From Mycolicibacterium smegmatis (GTDB lineage Bacteria; Actinomycetota; Actinomycetes; Mycobacteriales; Mycobacteriaceae), in contig NZ_LN831039.1 in the NCBI RefSeq assembly GCF_001457595.1, positions 90,001-122,000 of the forward strand: DNA of 32,000 nucleotides, in the 5' to 3' direction. The notes below the pieces were generated by a model that saw nothing but the letters and a program-made list of their open reading frames with translations, was not told the DNA's origin and made no database searches. Position 1 is the first letter of the stretch; every line of letters starts with the position of its first letter. The position numbers and the translations under genes are program-made. Shown in pieces: positions 1 through 9,003 of this stretch.

Positions 1-2
1 AC

Positions 3-1175
3 GTGATCGACGCGATCGCGGTGCTCGACGAATCGCCGGTGTTCGACCGCACTGCGCTGAAACGCTTTGTGGGAATCGCACTTCCGGTCGTCGCGGCGAT
101 CATCACCGTCGGCACGCTGATCTCATGGACCCGCTCCGGGCACGGCTGGTGGTGGGCCGTCGCGCTCGGCGTCCTCGGTCTCGGCCTGCTCGGCGGCAGC
201 ATGGCCGCCAAGAGCCGCTACAACAGCCTCGACATGTCCGAGAGCCTGCTGCTCGCGGCGGCCCCCGTCCTCGCCGGTGCGGTGGGGCTCGCGGTGCCGC
301 TGCCGCGTGGTGTCGACGGGCTCGGTGCGCCGCAACTGGCCGGCGCGGCGGCCGTGGTGCTGCTGTTGACGTTGGCGACCCGCGGCGGGCCCCGCAAGCG
401 CGCCGAGGTCGCGTCGTTCGTGGCCGTGACCTCCATCGCCGTCACCGCGGCCGCCATCGCCTACGGCTACGGCTGGCAGGAGTGGGTGCCTGCCGGTGCC
501 ATCGCGTTCGGCCTGATCATCGTGACCAACTCGGCCAAACTCACCGTCGCCGTGGCCCGTATCGCCCTGCCGCCGATTCCCGCGCCCGGCGAGCACGTGT
601 CCAACGACGAACTGCTTGACCCGGTCGTCACGCCCGATTCGATCGACGACGCGTCCCCGACGTGGCAGGCGATCATCGCTTCCGTGCCGGAATCGGCTGC
701 GCGCCTGCAGGAACGCAGCCAGTTGACCCGCCAGCTGCTCGTCGGCTTCCTGTCGGCCGGTGCCCTGATCCTCACCGTCGGTGCGATTGCCGTCGTGGTG
801 CAGGGGCACTTCTTCGTGCACAGCATGATCGTCGCGTCGCTGGTGACCGTCATCTGCGGTTTCCGGTCACGGCTGTACGCCGAAAGATGGTGCGCCTGGG
901 CACTGTTGGCGGCCACCGTCGCCGTGCCGACGGGCTTGATGATCAAACTCAGTTGGTGGTGGCCGGATTCCGCGTGGATCGTGATGGCCATCTACACGAT
1001 GCTGGCACTCGTCGCGCTCATCGTCGTCGGCGCCACCGACGGCGTCCGCCGCGTCTCCCCGGTCACCAAGCGCATCCTCGAGCTGTTCGACGGCGCGGCC
1101 ATCGCCGCGGTGATCCCACTGCTGCTCTGGATCGCCGGCGTGTACGACCTGCTGCGAAATCTGCGGTTGCACTAA
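3..1175 (+). CDS. eccD1: ESX-1 EccD membrane subunit (C-terminal part; gene starts upstream of the window)
   Basis: Long multi-TM ORF open to the window edge; EccD-like C-terminal TM domain. The partner genes at the other end (eccE, mycP, espL, espB) support ESX-1. Confidence 0.9.
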   Translation: MIDAIAVLDESPVFDRTALKRFVGIALPVVAAIITVGTLISWTRSGHGWWWAVALGVLGLGLLGGSMAAKSRYNSLDMSESLLLAAAPVLAGAVGLAVPLPRGVDGLGAPQLAGAAAVVLLLTLATRGGPRKRAEVASFVAVTSIAVTAAAIAYGYGWQEWVPAGAIAFGLIIVTNSAKLTVAVARIALPPIPAPGEHVSNDELLDPVVTPDSIDDASPTWQAIIASVPESAARLQERSQLTRQLLVGFLSAGALILTVGAIAVVVQGHFFVHSMIVASLVTVICGFRSRLYAERWCAWALLAATVAVPTGLMIKLSWWWPDSAWIVMAIYTMLALVALIVVGATDGVRRVSPVTKRILELFDGAAIAAVIPLLLWIAGVYDLLRNLRLH

Positions 1176-1273
1176 CGGTTGCGCGGTGGGCATTCGATGG
1201 ACTCGGCGATCAATTGCCGGCTCGGGACATGCTCGGTGTTCTCGTGGCCCTGATTTGAGTTGAAGGTGTGCCG

Positions 1274-2368
1274 ATGAATCTGCCGCCCCCTTCGGAACCG
1301 TACGGTCAGCGGCCGCCCACAGGCCCGCCACATTGGGGCACGCAACCGCAATGGGCCAGCGGGCCGCCACCGCCACCGAAAGGAGGCGGAAAGGCCAAAT
1401 GGATTCTGGGCGGTCTGTCCGTCGCCTTGGCGATCGCGCTCGCTGTCGTCATCACTGTGCTCGTCGTCCGTCCCGACGGTGAAAGCCGCAGCGCCGATGG
1501 TGGTTCGGGCATCACTGCTTCCGAGTTCGCCAGCGCCAATGACACGGGGCCGGTCAGCATCATCACCGAAGATCCGACGTGCGACGCGTGGAACACGGTC
1601 GTCGGCCAGTACTCAGAGGCAGCCACCGGCGTAAATTGGGAAGGTCGCGAGGCCGAGACTCCGGCGAGTTCGTGGACGCCAGAGCAGCGCAGGATGTACC
1701 AGGCAGTGGGAATGGCCATGACGCGTGCGACGGAGCAGGTGACGAAGCTTGCGATGCAGACACCGCACAGGGTCATGCGCGAACTCTATGAACAATTTGT
1801 TGCGTACACGGTTGCGTTTGTAGAGCGCATACCCGCCTATGTCGCAGAGGACAACAACCTTGCACTGGCATCAAACGCTGCCGGCAGTAGCGTCTCGAAT
1901 ATCTGCGGAGCCATCACTTTCCGCTCAGCACAAGCGTTAGCGATTTTGGTACCCAATTCTTCCTCCCCTTCAGCGCAGACCGGCCTGAAGACGTCGACAT
2001 CGAAACCTTTTATGTCGCAACCAAACTCGATTTGCCAGGCCTGGGCTTCAGAGGTTGAAGTGTTTTCTGAGGGCACTACCGAATGGCGGAAGATCGATAA
2101 GAATATTCCCGCTAGTGGGTGGACACCCGAACAGAGGGCCGTACATGACGAGGTAGCGCCGCTGATGTCTGCGAATGCTGACACAATGGAGGAACTGGGG
2201 CGAAAGAGTGGTGATCCGCTGCTTGAGGATTTCGCCACGCTAGCAACTCAATACAGGCGCGCATTTGTTCTTTCCCTGCCTCGCTACAGTAGTGCCGATA
2301 GCTACCTGGCGCTGGCAGCAACAAATTTGGTCAGGTTGATAAGCTCAGCATGCAAGGCTGCGTCGTGA
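1274..2368 (+). CDS. Membrane-anchored two-repeat protein, paralog 1 (Pro-rich N-terminus, one TM helix, 4-Cys outer region)
   Basis: MNLPPPSEPYGQRPPTG...KWILGGLSVALAIALAVVITVLVV, then DPTC...PHRVMRELYEQFVAY...ICGAI...SICQAW...IPASGWTPEQR...SACKAAS. Start could also be GTG at 1268. Confidence 0.8.
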   Translation: MNLPPPSEPYGQRPPTGPPHWGTQPQWASGPPPPPKGGGKAKWILGGLSVALAIALAVVITVLVVRPDGESRSADGGSGITASEFASANDTGPVSIITEDPTCDAWNTVVGQYSEAATGVNWEGREAETPASSWTPEQRRMYQAVGMAMTRATEQVTKLAMQTPHRVMRELYEQFVAYTVAFVERIPAYVAEDNNLALASNAAGSSVSNICGAITFRSAQALAILVPNSSSPSAQTGLKTSTSKPFMSQPNSICQAWASEVEVFSEGTTEWRKIDKNIPASGWTPEQRAVHDEVAPLMSANADTMEELGRKSGDPLLEDFATLATQYRRAFVLSLPRYSSADSYLALAATNLVRLISSACKAAS

Positions 2369-2558
2369 CGACTAAAAAGGCTATCCCGACTGCTCCGAAG
2401 CCTCGCGAGTTTATTCGCAATGGGCACGCGTACGGATCGATCTCTGCAGGGGAATTTGCCGTCGAACCAGGAGCCCCATTAACGCCCCATCCGAGTCCGG
2501 TTGGGACAAGAAGAGAAGACGGGTATGCGCCCGAAGGGTTGAGATGTGGAGGCTGTTA

Positions 2559-2877
2559 ATGACCTTTTTTCCCTCCTCACGTGATTCGGCCCAACCCCCG
2601 TACGGCTCTCAGCCCTCGCAGCGTGGACCTGAAGGGCCGGGGTACACAGGTGCCTGGCAGCCTCCGTCACCGCGACGAGGCGGAGGGCTGAAGTGGATTT
2701 TGGCGGCCATCGTGTTGGTCGTTGTGATCGGGGTAACGGCCGCAGTGACATGGGCGGTATCTGAGAGAGGAAGCCACCGTGATCAGACGCATTCAAATGT
2801 CTCCCCGGACAAAACAGCGTCGGTACTGAATTCCGATATGGCGAGTGCAAACGACACCGCGCCAGTGGCGGTAATCG
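2559..2877 (+). pseudogene. 5' fragment of membrane-anchored paralog 2, truncated by an ISL3-family element
   Basis: MTFFPSSRDSAQPPYGSQPSQRG...GGLKWILAAIVLVVVIGVTAAVTWAVS...MASANDTAPVAVI matches the N-termini of the paralogs; homology stops at the IS end at 2878. Confidence 0.8.
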
Positions 2878-4335
2878 GGCTCTTCGCACTTGATAGGGGT
2901 CTGGTGTTGTCCGACGTTGTGTCGTGTCGGTGATTGATTAGGGGTCCGCGCCCCTGTGAGCTGGGTGTTCTTCAGGCATCCAGGACAAGGAACGCGGACC
3001 ATGGTTGACGGTAGTTCACTGCTGCTCGATCTCGACGGTGTGGTCGTCGAATCGGTGCAGCGCCTCGAGGACGGCACCCGGTTGGTGCAGGTGCTCACCG
3101 CCCCCCAGTGGGTCGGGATCTGCCCCGAATGCGGGGAACGCTCCACCAGGTCGAAAGGCTGGGTACAGACCGGACCCCGCGACGTTGTGGTGGGTTCGGA
3201 CCGCCCGATACTGCGCTGGCGTAAGCGAAAGTGGTTGTGCCCCAGCACGGTCTGTACGCGCAAGGTGTTCACCGAGTCGGTGCCCGGAATCCCGGCGCGG
3301 GCGCGGGTAACACCGCGGGCCAAGGCGACGATGGCCACTGCGGTGCTCGACGAGGACCGTTCGGTGGCCGCGGTGGCCGGGCAGTACCGCTGCGGCTGGC
3401 ACACCGTGCACGACGAAGTCATCGCCACCGCCGAGGACGCCCTGGCCGGCGAGCTGGCGCCGGTGGCGGTGCTCGGCATCGACGAGACCCGACGCGGTAA
3501 GGCCAAATGGGAACACAACCCGGTACTCGGGCGGCGGGTATGGGTGGATCGCTGGGACACCGGACTGGTCGACATCACCGGCGATCAAGGCCTCCTTGGC
3601 CAGGTCAATGGCCGCACCTCGGCGGCAGTGATCGACTGGCTCGCTGGCCAGGACCCTGACTGGCGGGCCGCAATCACCCACGTAGCCATCGATTTGTCCC
3701 CGGCCTATGCCCGGGTGGCTCGCGAAGCACTGCCGCACGCGATCCTGATCGCCGACCGGTTCCACCTGGTCAAGAAAGCCAACGACATGGTTGATGCGGT
3801 GCGCCGCCGGGTCACCTGGACCCAACGGGGCCGGCGCGGCCGCAAGGCCGATGTCGAGTGGATCAACCGCCGCCGCCTGCTGCGCGGCTCCGAGCGGCTC
3901 ACCGCAGACCAACGCGCCACGTTGTTCGCCAAGCTGCTCTCCGCCGACCCCAACCAGGACATCGCCGCGGCCTGGATCGCCAAAGAACTGCTGCGCGACC
4001 TGCTTTCCTGCGCCGACCGCGGCGGGTTGCGCTACGAGATCACGACCGCCCTGGACCGGTTCTACCGTTTCTGCGCGGCCTGCACAGTGCCCGAAGTGAT
4101 CCGACTGGCCCGCACCATCGAGACCTGGCAGGCCCCCATCATCGCCGCCCTGCAGACCGGCCTGTCCAACGCCCGCACCGAAGGCTACAACCGCATCGTC
4201 AAACACGTCGGGCGCATCGCCTTCGGCTTCCGCAATCCTGAGAACCAACGCCGCCGAGTACGGTGGGCCTGCACTCGCCGATCACGACGAGTCACACCCA
4301 GCCGGCACCAACGCCACTGCTAACTGCGAAGAGCC
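2878..4335 (+). mobile_element. ISL3-family insertion sequence, 1458 bp
   Basis: Ends GGCTCTTCGCACTTGATAG (left) and, reverse-complemented, GGCTCTTCGCAGTTAGCAG (right), enclosing one transposase ORF. Flanking 8-mers GGTAATCG and GCTAAACC do not match. Confidence 0.85.
2956..4323 (+). CDS. ISL3-family transposase
   Basis: CPECGERSTRSKG zinc-type N-terminus, ...VLGIDETRRGK..., DLSPAYARVAREALPHAILIADRFHLVKKAN, C-terminal RTEGYNRIVKHVGRIAFGFRNPENQRRRVRWACTR. Likely start ATG at 3001. Confidence 0.9.
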   Translation: MSWVFFRHPGQGTRTMVDGSSLLLDLDGVVVESVQRLEDGTRLVQVLTAPQWVGICPECGERSTRSKGWVQTGPRDVVVGSDRPILRWRKRKWLCPSTVCTRKVFTESVPGIPARARVTPRAKATMATAVLDEDRSVAAVAGQYRCGWHTVHDEVIATAEDALAGELAPVAVLGIDETRRGKAKWEHNPVLGRRVWVDRWDTGLVDITGDQGLLGQVNGRTSAAVIDWLAGQDPDWRAAITHVAIDLSPAYARVAREALPHAILIADRFHLVKKANDMVDAVRRRVTWTQRGRRGRKADVEWINRRRLLRGSERLTADQRATLFAKLLSADPNQDIAAAWIAKELLRDLLSCADRGGLRYEITTALDRFYRFCAACTVPEVIRLARTIETWQAPIIAALQTGLSNARTEGYNRIVKHVGRIAFGFRNPENQRRRVRWACTRRSRRVTPSRHQRHC

Positions 4336-4719
4336 GCTAAACCCGGACTATCGGAACTCGCGTTGGGTCGCCCCAAGTCGACCTGTCAAGATTGGATTGC
4401 GTTGTCGGATCGATATGATGCTGACACACAGGCATGAGTGACTTCCGATCTCAAAATCCCTGCCTCCGAGTGGAGTCCTGAACAAAGAGCTTTGAACGAA
4501 GCGATCGGTCCGGTGATGGCAGAGAACACAGACAAAATGGAGCAATTGGGCAGACAGAGCGGCAATCCTGTTCTCGAGGACATTACAGTATCTGCAGCTC
4601 AATATCGGCGTGCGTTCGTGAAGGCATTACCGGAGTACACCTGGACGGATAACTACCTATCGCGTGTGGCTGTTTATCTCGCGGGTGCAGTAGATTCGGC
4701 GTGTAAGGCTAGTCGGTGA
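4336..4719 (+). pseudogene. 3' fragment of a membrane-anchored paralog (second repeat only), with an in-frame TGA
   Basis: Translates as STCQDWIALSDRYDADTQA*VTSDLKIPASEWSPEQRALNEAIGPVM...AAQYRRAFVKALPEYTWTDNYLS...SACKASR, matching the C-terminal repeat of the paralogs. Confidence 0.8.
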
Positions 4720-5244
4720 TGATCAGCTCGAAACACCGATGGAGAATAATTTCGGTCGGCACCGCGGTCTAGCCAGTCAGGCGTATGGTAACGATCAACG
4801 GGCCTGCGAAATTATCAATTTCATCGGACCGAGAGGTTGCATAGCCAAAGCAGCTCCTCCAGTTGAGGATCTTCGCGAGTCGGGCGGATCTCACCTTGAG
4901 ATGCAGCCTGAGTTGGTTACCAAGATAGAGCTGGTCGCCTCGGTCCCGTGGCTAGAGACGGACGATGCGGGTTTGTCGGCTCGATGTGTACCGGTCATGT
5001 CTTTCCGGCCGGAGGCGAGCCGGTGGAGCCGTGACCTGTTCTTCGCCGACATCGTTCGCACATGAGACTCGCACCGTCTGAGGTTGGCCCAGTGGTTTCC
5101 TGTCCACGCCGCCCGACTGCGGCGAATTGCCGCGCATGCGACAGGCAAGTGGCCGTTAAGCTGACTATGGATTACGCCGCGAACGCGGCGGAGGGACTAC
5201 TGGTGGGTGCGGTGCCGTGTATTTGTGCGGAGGGGGAATGACTA

Positions 5245-6042
5245 GTGGGATATCCCGAGTTCCGGGTCATTGAGGAAGCTCTCGATTGGGACCCTGCGGT
5301 GGTGGCGGTACCGCCCGTTCCTGACAACGCTGTCTATGTTCCGGGCGTCGACCCGGTGGGCTTACTTGTGAACGCCGTGATGCCGGGTATTGCGGCCGAT
5401 GTGAATCAGCAAGTTGCGAACACACGTGCGCGCGAGGAACGGTTTGCCAACAACTTGCGGTCCGCGCGAACTGCATATCATCGCACGGATAGTGCCGGTC
5501 AGGCGCAGATCGACAGCGCGGCAAGTACGATCGACCCAGCCGACGCCTTCGGAGCCGGCGTTCCCGTGCAGCCGACGTCGGCGGCCGCGCCTACCGGCGA
5601 TGCGAGCTTCAGCCAACTCACCCAGCTGATGGGCGCGGCGATGCAGGGGGTACAACAAGCAGTGCAAGTGCCGACGCAGGCTGTGGGCACGGGAGCGCAG
5701 ATGGTGCAACCCGTCATGCAGGGCGTCCAAGGAATTGTCCAGCAAAGCACGCCAGCCTCCGGGAAGTCGCAGGACGGCATGGACGGCGAGGGGGACGGAC
5801 CCGGTCATTCACGTGGCGTCGGCCATGAGGATAGATCACAGTCGTTGGCAGGTGAACGCAGTGACAACGGCACTAGGAATGATGTGCCCGAGGATGCAAG
5901 AAAGCCGGACCGGGAGTCGGCCGAGGCAATGGCCCGTGCAGGTGAAAGACCTCTGGCACCGGTCGGTGCACCTCAGGAAGATCCACTGCATCCGGCGAGA
6001 TCCCGATGGACGACACGTAATTCACCGGAGGTGGCGTTGTGA
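5245..6042 (+). CDS. EspJ-like ESX-1 associated protein, copy A
   Basis: GTG start; MGYPEFRVIEEALDWDP...ARTAYHRTDSAGQAQIDSAASTIDPADAFGAG...FSQLTQLM; helical N-terminus plus acidic tail. Position after eccD1 and before espK corresponds to espJ. Confidence 0.6.
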   Translation: MGYPEFRVIEEALDWDPAVVAVPPVPDNAVYVPGVDPVGLLVNAVMPGIAADVNQQVANTRAREERFANNLRSARTAYHRTDSAGQAQIDSAASTIDPADAFGAGVPVQPTSAAAPTGDASFSQLTQLMGAAMQGVQQAVQVPTQAVGTGAQMVQPVMQGVQGIVQQSTPASGKSQDGMDGEGDGPGHSRGVGHEDRSQSLAGERSDNGTRNDVPEDARKPDRESAEAMARAGERPLAPVGAPQEDPLHPARSRWTTRNSPEVAL

Positions 6043-6089
6043 ACCGAAGGAGCCATTGTCGATTCCATGGCGCGGGGGTTCGTAGGTGA
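6039..6089 (+). other. Possible 16-codon micro-ORF overlapping the espJ-like stop and the next gene's start
   Basis: GTGAACCGAAGGAGC...CGTAGGTGA; GTGA overlaps at both ends. Confidence 0.35.
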
Positions 6090-7219
6090 GCATGCCGCCC
6101 ACGCCTCCTGGATCTGTGCCTCCGCCTCATGGGTTTCCGCCGCCGAGTGGGGGACCAAGCGGATATCCCGGCCCGGCATTCCCATCGCGATCCTGGCAAC
6201 AGCCTCAAGGTCCGAGGCGGGGTAATGGCTGGAAGTGGGCCCTAGGGACCGTGGCCTTGGTCGCTGTAGTTGGAGTAACTGCGGCGGTGACTTCGACCGT
6301 GGTGCATAAGGAAGGTGAAAGTACTTCGCCGTCGGCGGAAGCGCCCACGTCAGCCACAGGCGGTGCGAGCGCAGAGATCGCCAGCTCTGACGACACTCGG
6401 CCGGTCACGGTAATCGCTGAAGATCCATCGTGTGCCGCGGCGACGCCGATTCTGGAGACCCGCGCGGCGATCCAGCGCAACGGTTGGGACAAACGCGACG
6501 CTTCCCTACCCGCTGCCGCATGGTCAGCAGAGGTGCGTGCGCAATATGAAGCAGTGGCGCAGTCGATGCGCCTATCCGCAGATCAATTGGTTCCCGTTGC
6601 AAAGCTCACTCCACATCGCGTCATGCGTGAGCTATACGAGCAAATTATTGCCTACTCGCGGGCGTATGCCGAGAGCGTTTCGGCGTATACGCCCGAAGAC
6701 AACGCCGCGCTGGTAAGTACTAATGCGTCAACCGCGGTATCGCTAATCTGCGTCGCTATCAAGAATGGATCCGCAGCGGCGAGAGGCCCGCTGACTGTTC
6801 AAGGGCCTACACGGTCAGATTTGCAACAAGTGGGCGATGTTTCCAGTCCAGGCCGATTTCTAACCGAGCCGAATCCAGAGTGTTCGACATGGGAAAAGGC
6901 TCTGAATGATTTTGACAATGACACGGTACAGTGGCGTGCGATTTCCGCAGATATCCCAGCAGGGGAATGGACGCCTGAACAGAAATCAATTACCGATGCG
7001 GTGATTCCTGTAATGCGCCGGCTGGCTACTCAGCAGGTACAGTCTGGAGAGCAAAGTGGGAATGCTGTCTGGCGGGACTTTGCTGATTTGTCTGCGCAAT
7101 ACCGCCTTGCATATGCGGAAGCGCTTCCGACGTATGTGGCTTCCGACGACGTTTTATCCGCAGTGTCGCTACGTTTAGGGTCGGTGGTGAGTTCAGCGTG
7201 TCGCCTAGTCGAGAAGTAG
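6086..7219 (+). CDS. Membrane-anchored two-repeat protein, paralog 3
   Basis: MSMPPTPPGSVPPPHGFPPPSGG...GNGWKWALGTVALVAVVGVTAAVTSTVV...DPSC...PHRVMRELYEQIIAY...IC...NPECSTW...WTPEQK...SAC. Confidence 0.85.
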   Translation: MSMPPTPPGSVPPPHGFPPPSGGPSGYPGPAFPSRSWQQPQGPRRGNGWKWALGTVALVAVVGVTAAVTSTVVHKEGESTSPSAEAPTSATGGASAEIASSDDTRPVTVIAEDPSCAAATPILETRAAIQRNGWDKRDASLPAAAWSAEVRAQYEAVAQSMRLSADQLVPVAKLTPHRVMRELYEQIIAYSRAYAESVSAYTPEDNAALVSTNASTAVSLICVAIKNGSAAARGPLTVQGPTRSDLQQVGDVSSPGRFLTEPNPECSTWEKALNDFDNDTVQWRAISADIPAGEWTPEQKSITDAVIPVMRRLATQQVQSGEQSGNAVWRDFADLSAQYRLAYAEALPTYVASDDVLSAVSLRLGSVVSSACRLVEK

Positions 7220-7281
7220 GGCCTGTCGTCGGCATTCCGAATGATGGCCGGCCCATGGCCGCCAGATGGGGGCGAGGCTGA

Positions 7282-9003
7282 ATGGCGACTCAACCCGACG
7301 AGAGCTACTACGGCGGGCAGACAGTCACCGGTGCTGGTTGGCCCCACGTTAATGAGGATGTACTCGACGCAACCGCGGATGCATTCGATGACTTGAGGAC
7401 ATTTCTGCGGGATGTAGTTGTTCCCGCTGCGGGTCGGCAGCGTACCAAGTTATCTGATCGCTGGGAAGGCGCAGGCGCGCAAGCCGCGTACGACGAGGCC
7501 AGCGCAATCATCCTCGCACACGAAGCTAGCGAACAAGCTGCTAAAGAAACTAGGGATCAGTTGCGTCTGATGTTCGCGGCGGTCAAGTTTGCGAAGACAG
7601 CTGCGAACAAAACGGCTGAGGAAGTACAGGCTGCCTGCGAGAAGATCATGGGTGAAAAGCCTCCAGCAGAGGGAGAGGACACCCGTAACAGGCGTGCAGC
7701 TGACAAAGTCAAGGAAGGCTATGAGGAGAACGTCCGCTTGGTTTCCGAGTTCTCCAAATGGTTAGCAGAGAAATTGGATGTTCCACCCGATACTCCGGGG
7801 GCGGATGGAAAAGTGCCAACGTCAGAAGCGGAGGGTAAGTCAACTTCACCCGCAGGAGAGGAAGCTGCTGTCGGCGGTAGGGGATCCGCTGGAGGAACAG
7901 GGGTTGTGGCGGATCAGCCACCCCCACCCTCGCTCTTTTCCCCCGTGGCGTACGGAGGTAAGGGTACGGCTCAAGGCACTGGCGTCGTCGCGGATTCGCC
8001 GCCTGCAGACGGTCCCGTGAAATCTGAATCGGGCGGTGGACGGGGTCCAGCCTCTGTGCCTAATGATGTTGACACCCCAGCGACTGTCGGTGGAGACAAT
8101 TCTCCATCGGCGAACAATCCCGAACCTGGCACTCCCAGCATATCGGTGTCCGGAGGCGGCGGTGCACCGTCGCCGAGCGGCGCACCGCAGGGGCCGAGAG
8201 TATCCCCAATGTCGTCGGGCACGGGCAAGGCGGACGCTGTGTCGGCTGAGACAGGTCTAGCCTCCTCCCCGACGCCAGCTACAAGTGGCGGGGCGCCGCA
8301 GAACCCCGCAGAGCAGTTCCAAAAAGGGTTGGCAGATGCGGCGAAGAACGGTGGGTCGCCACAGACGCTGTCGTCTACCCCGTCGCAGCCGCTTGGCGGA
8401 CCGCCAACGACACAGCCACTCGGCACTCCGCCCCCAACGGCAGGCCCTACCGCTCCGCCTACGACCGGAGGCCCGCCAGCACCGGTCGCGCAGGCAGCAG
8501 GTGGACCTGGCGGCGGGGCTGGGCCAGCACCTGTGGCGCCACCCCCAAGCGGAGGTGTCCCAGGTGGGGCGGTCCCGTTGGGACCTCCACCGACTCCTCC
8601 ACTAGCGGCGCCTGTGACGACGCCGTCGCCGGCGGCCGGTCCGCCTGTTGCTCCCACGGGTGCGGCAGCTGGTGCGGCCGGTGGTGGAGGTGCACAGGTC
8701 GCGCCGATTCCGGTGTCGGCGGCACGAGCCGAACGCGACCTTGCCCAACGAGCGGTTCGACGGTCGGGCGTGGATCCGATGGAGACTGCGCGCAGGATTG
8801 CAGCCGCGCTGAACGCCCCTGGGATGACCAACGTCGAGGATTTCAAGTTCTTCTGGGTCACAGGCCTCACGACCGACGGAAAGATCGTCGTCGCCAACAA
8901 CTACGGAATTGCCTACATCCCTCAGCAGGTGCATTTGCCTGAACAGGTGCATATGGCATCTGCCGATGGGCCGAACACAACGGGAAGACCTTGCGCGCAG
9001 TGA
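7282..9003 (+). CDS. espK: EspK N-terminal and central region, copy A (split gene)
   Basis: VTGAGWPHVNEDVLDATADAFDDL N-terminus, WEG motif, Pro-rich middle, IPVSAARAERD...ARRIAAALN...FFWVTGLTTDGKIVVANNYGIAYIPQQVHLPEQVHMASAD as in mycobacterial EspK; ends in a frameshifted tail. Confidence 0.85.
   Translation: MATQPDESYYGGQTVTGAGWPHVNEDVLDATADAFDDLRTFLRDVVVPAAGRQRTKLSDRWEGAGAQAAYDEASAIILAHEASEQAAKETRDQLRLMFAAVKFAKTAANKTAEEVQAACEKIMGEKPPAEGEDTRNRRAADKVKEGYEENVRLVSEFSKWLAEKLDVPPDTPGADGKVPTSEAEGKSTSPAGEEAAVGGRGSAGGTGVVADQPPPPSLFSPVAYGGKGTAQGTGVVADSPPADGPVKSESGGGRGPASVPNDVDTPATVGGDNSPSANNPEPGTPSISVSGGGGAPSPSGAPQGPRVSPMSSGTGKADAVSAETGLASSPTPATSGGAPQNPAEQFQKGLADAAKNGGSPQTLSSTPSQPLGGPPTTQPLGTPPPTAGPTAPPTTGGPPAPVAQAAGGPGGGAGPAPVAPPPSGGVPGGAVPLGPPPTPPLAAPVTTPSPAAGPPVAPTGAAAGAAGGGGAQVAPIPVSAARAERDLAQRAVRRSGVDPMETARRIAAALNAPGMTNVEDFKFFWVTGLTTDGKIVVANNYGIAYIPQQVHLPEQVHMASADGPNTTGRPCAQ

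Noticed and set aside
5176-5192. GCCGCGAACGCGGC hairpin as a transcription terminator
   Set aside because: Only a 6-bp stem with no U-tract, located upstream of a gene start; not enough to call.
7971-8900. Ala/Gly/Pro-rich ORF on the minus strand, repeated at 22947-23729; looked like a PE_PGRS or collagen-like protein
   Set aside because: It is antisense to the Pro-rich linker of EspK; the reverse complement of Pro codons reads as Gly, which explains the composition.
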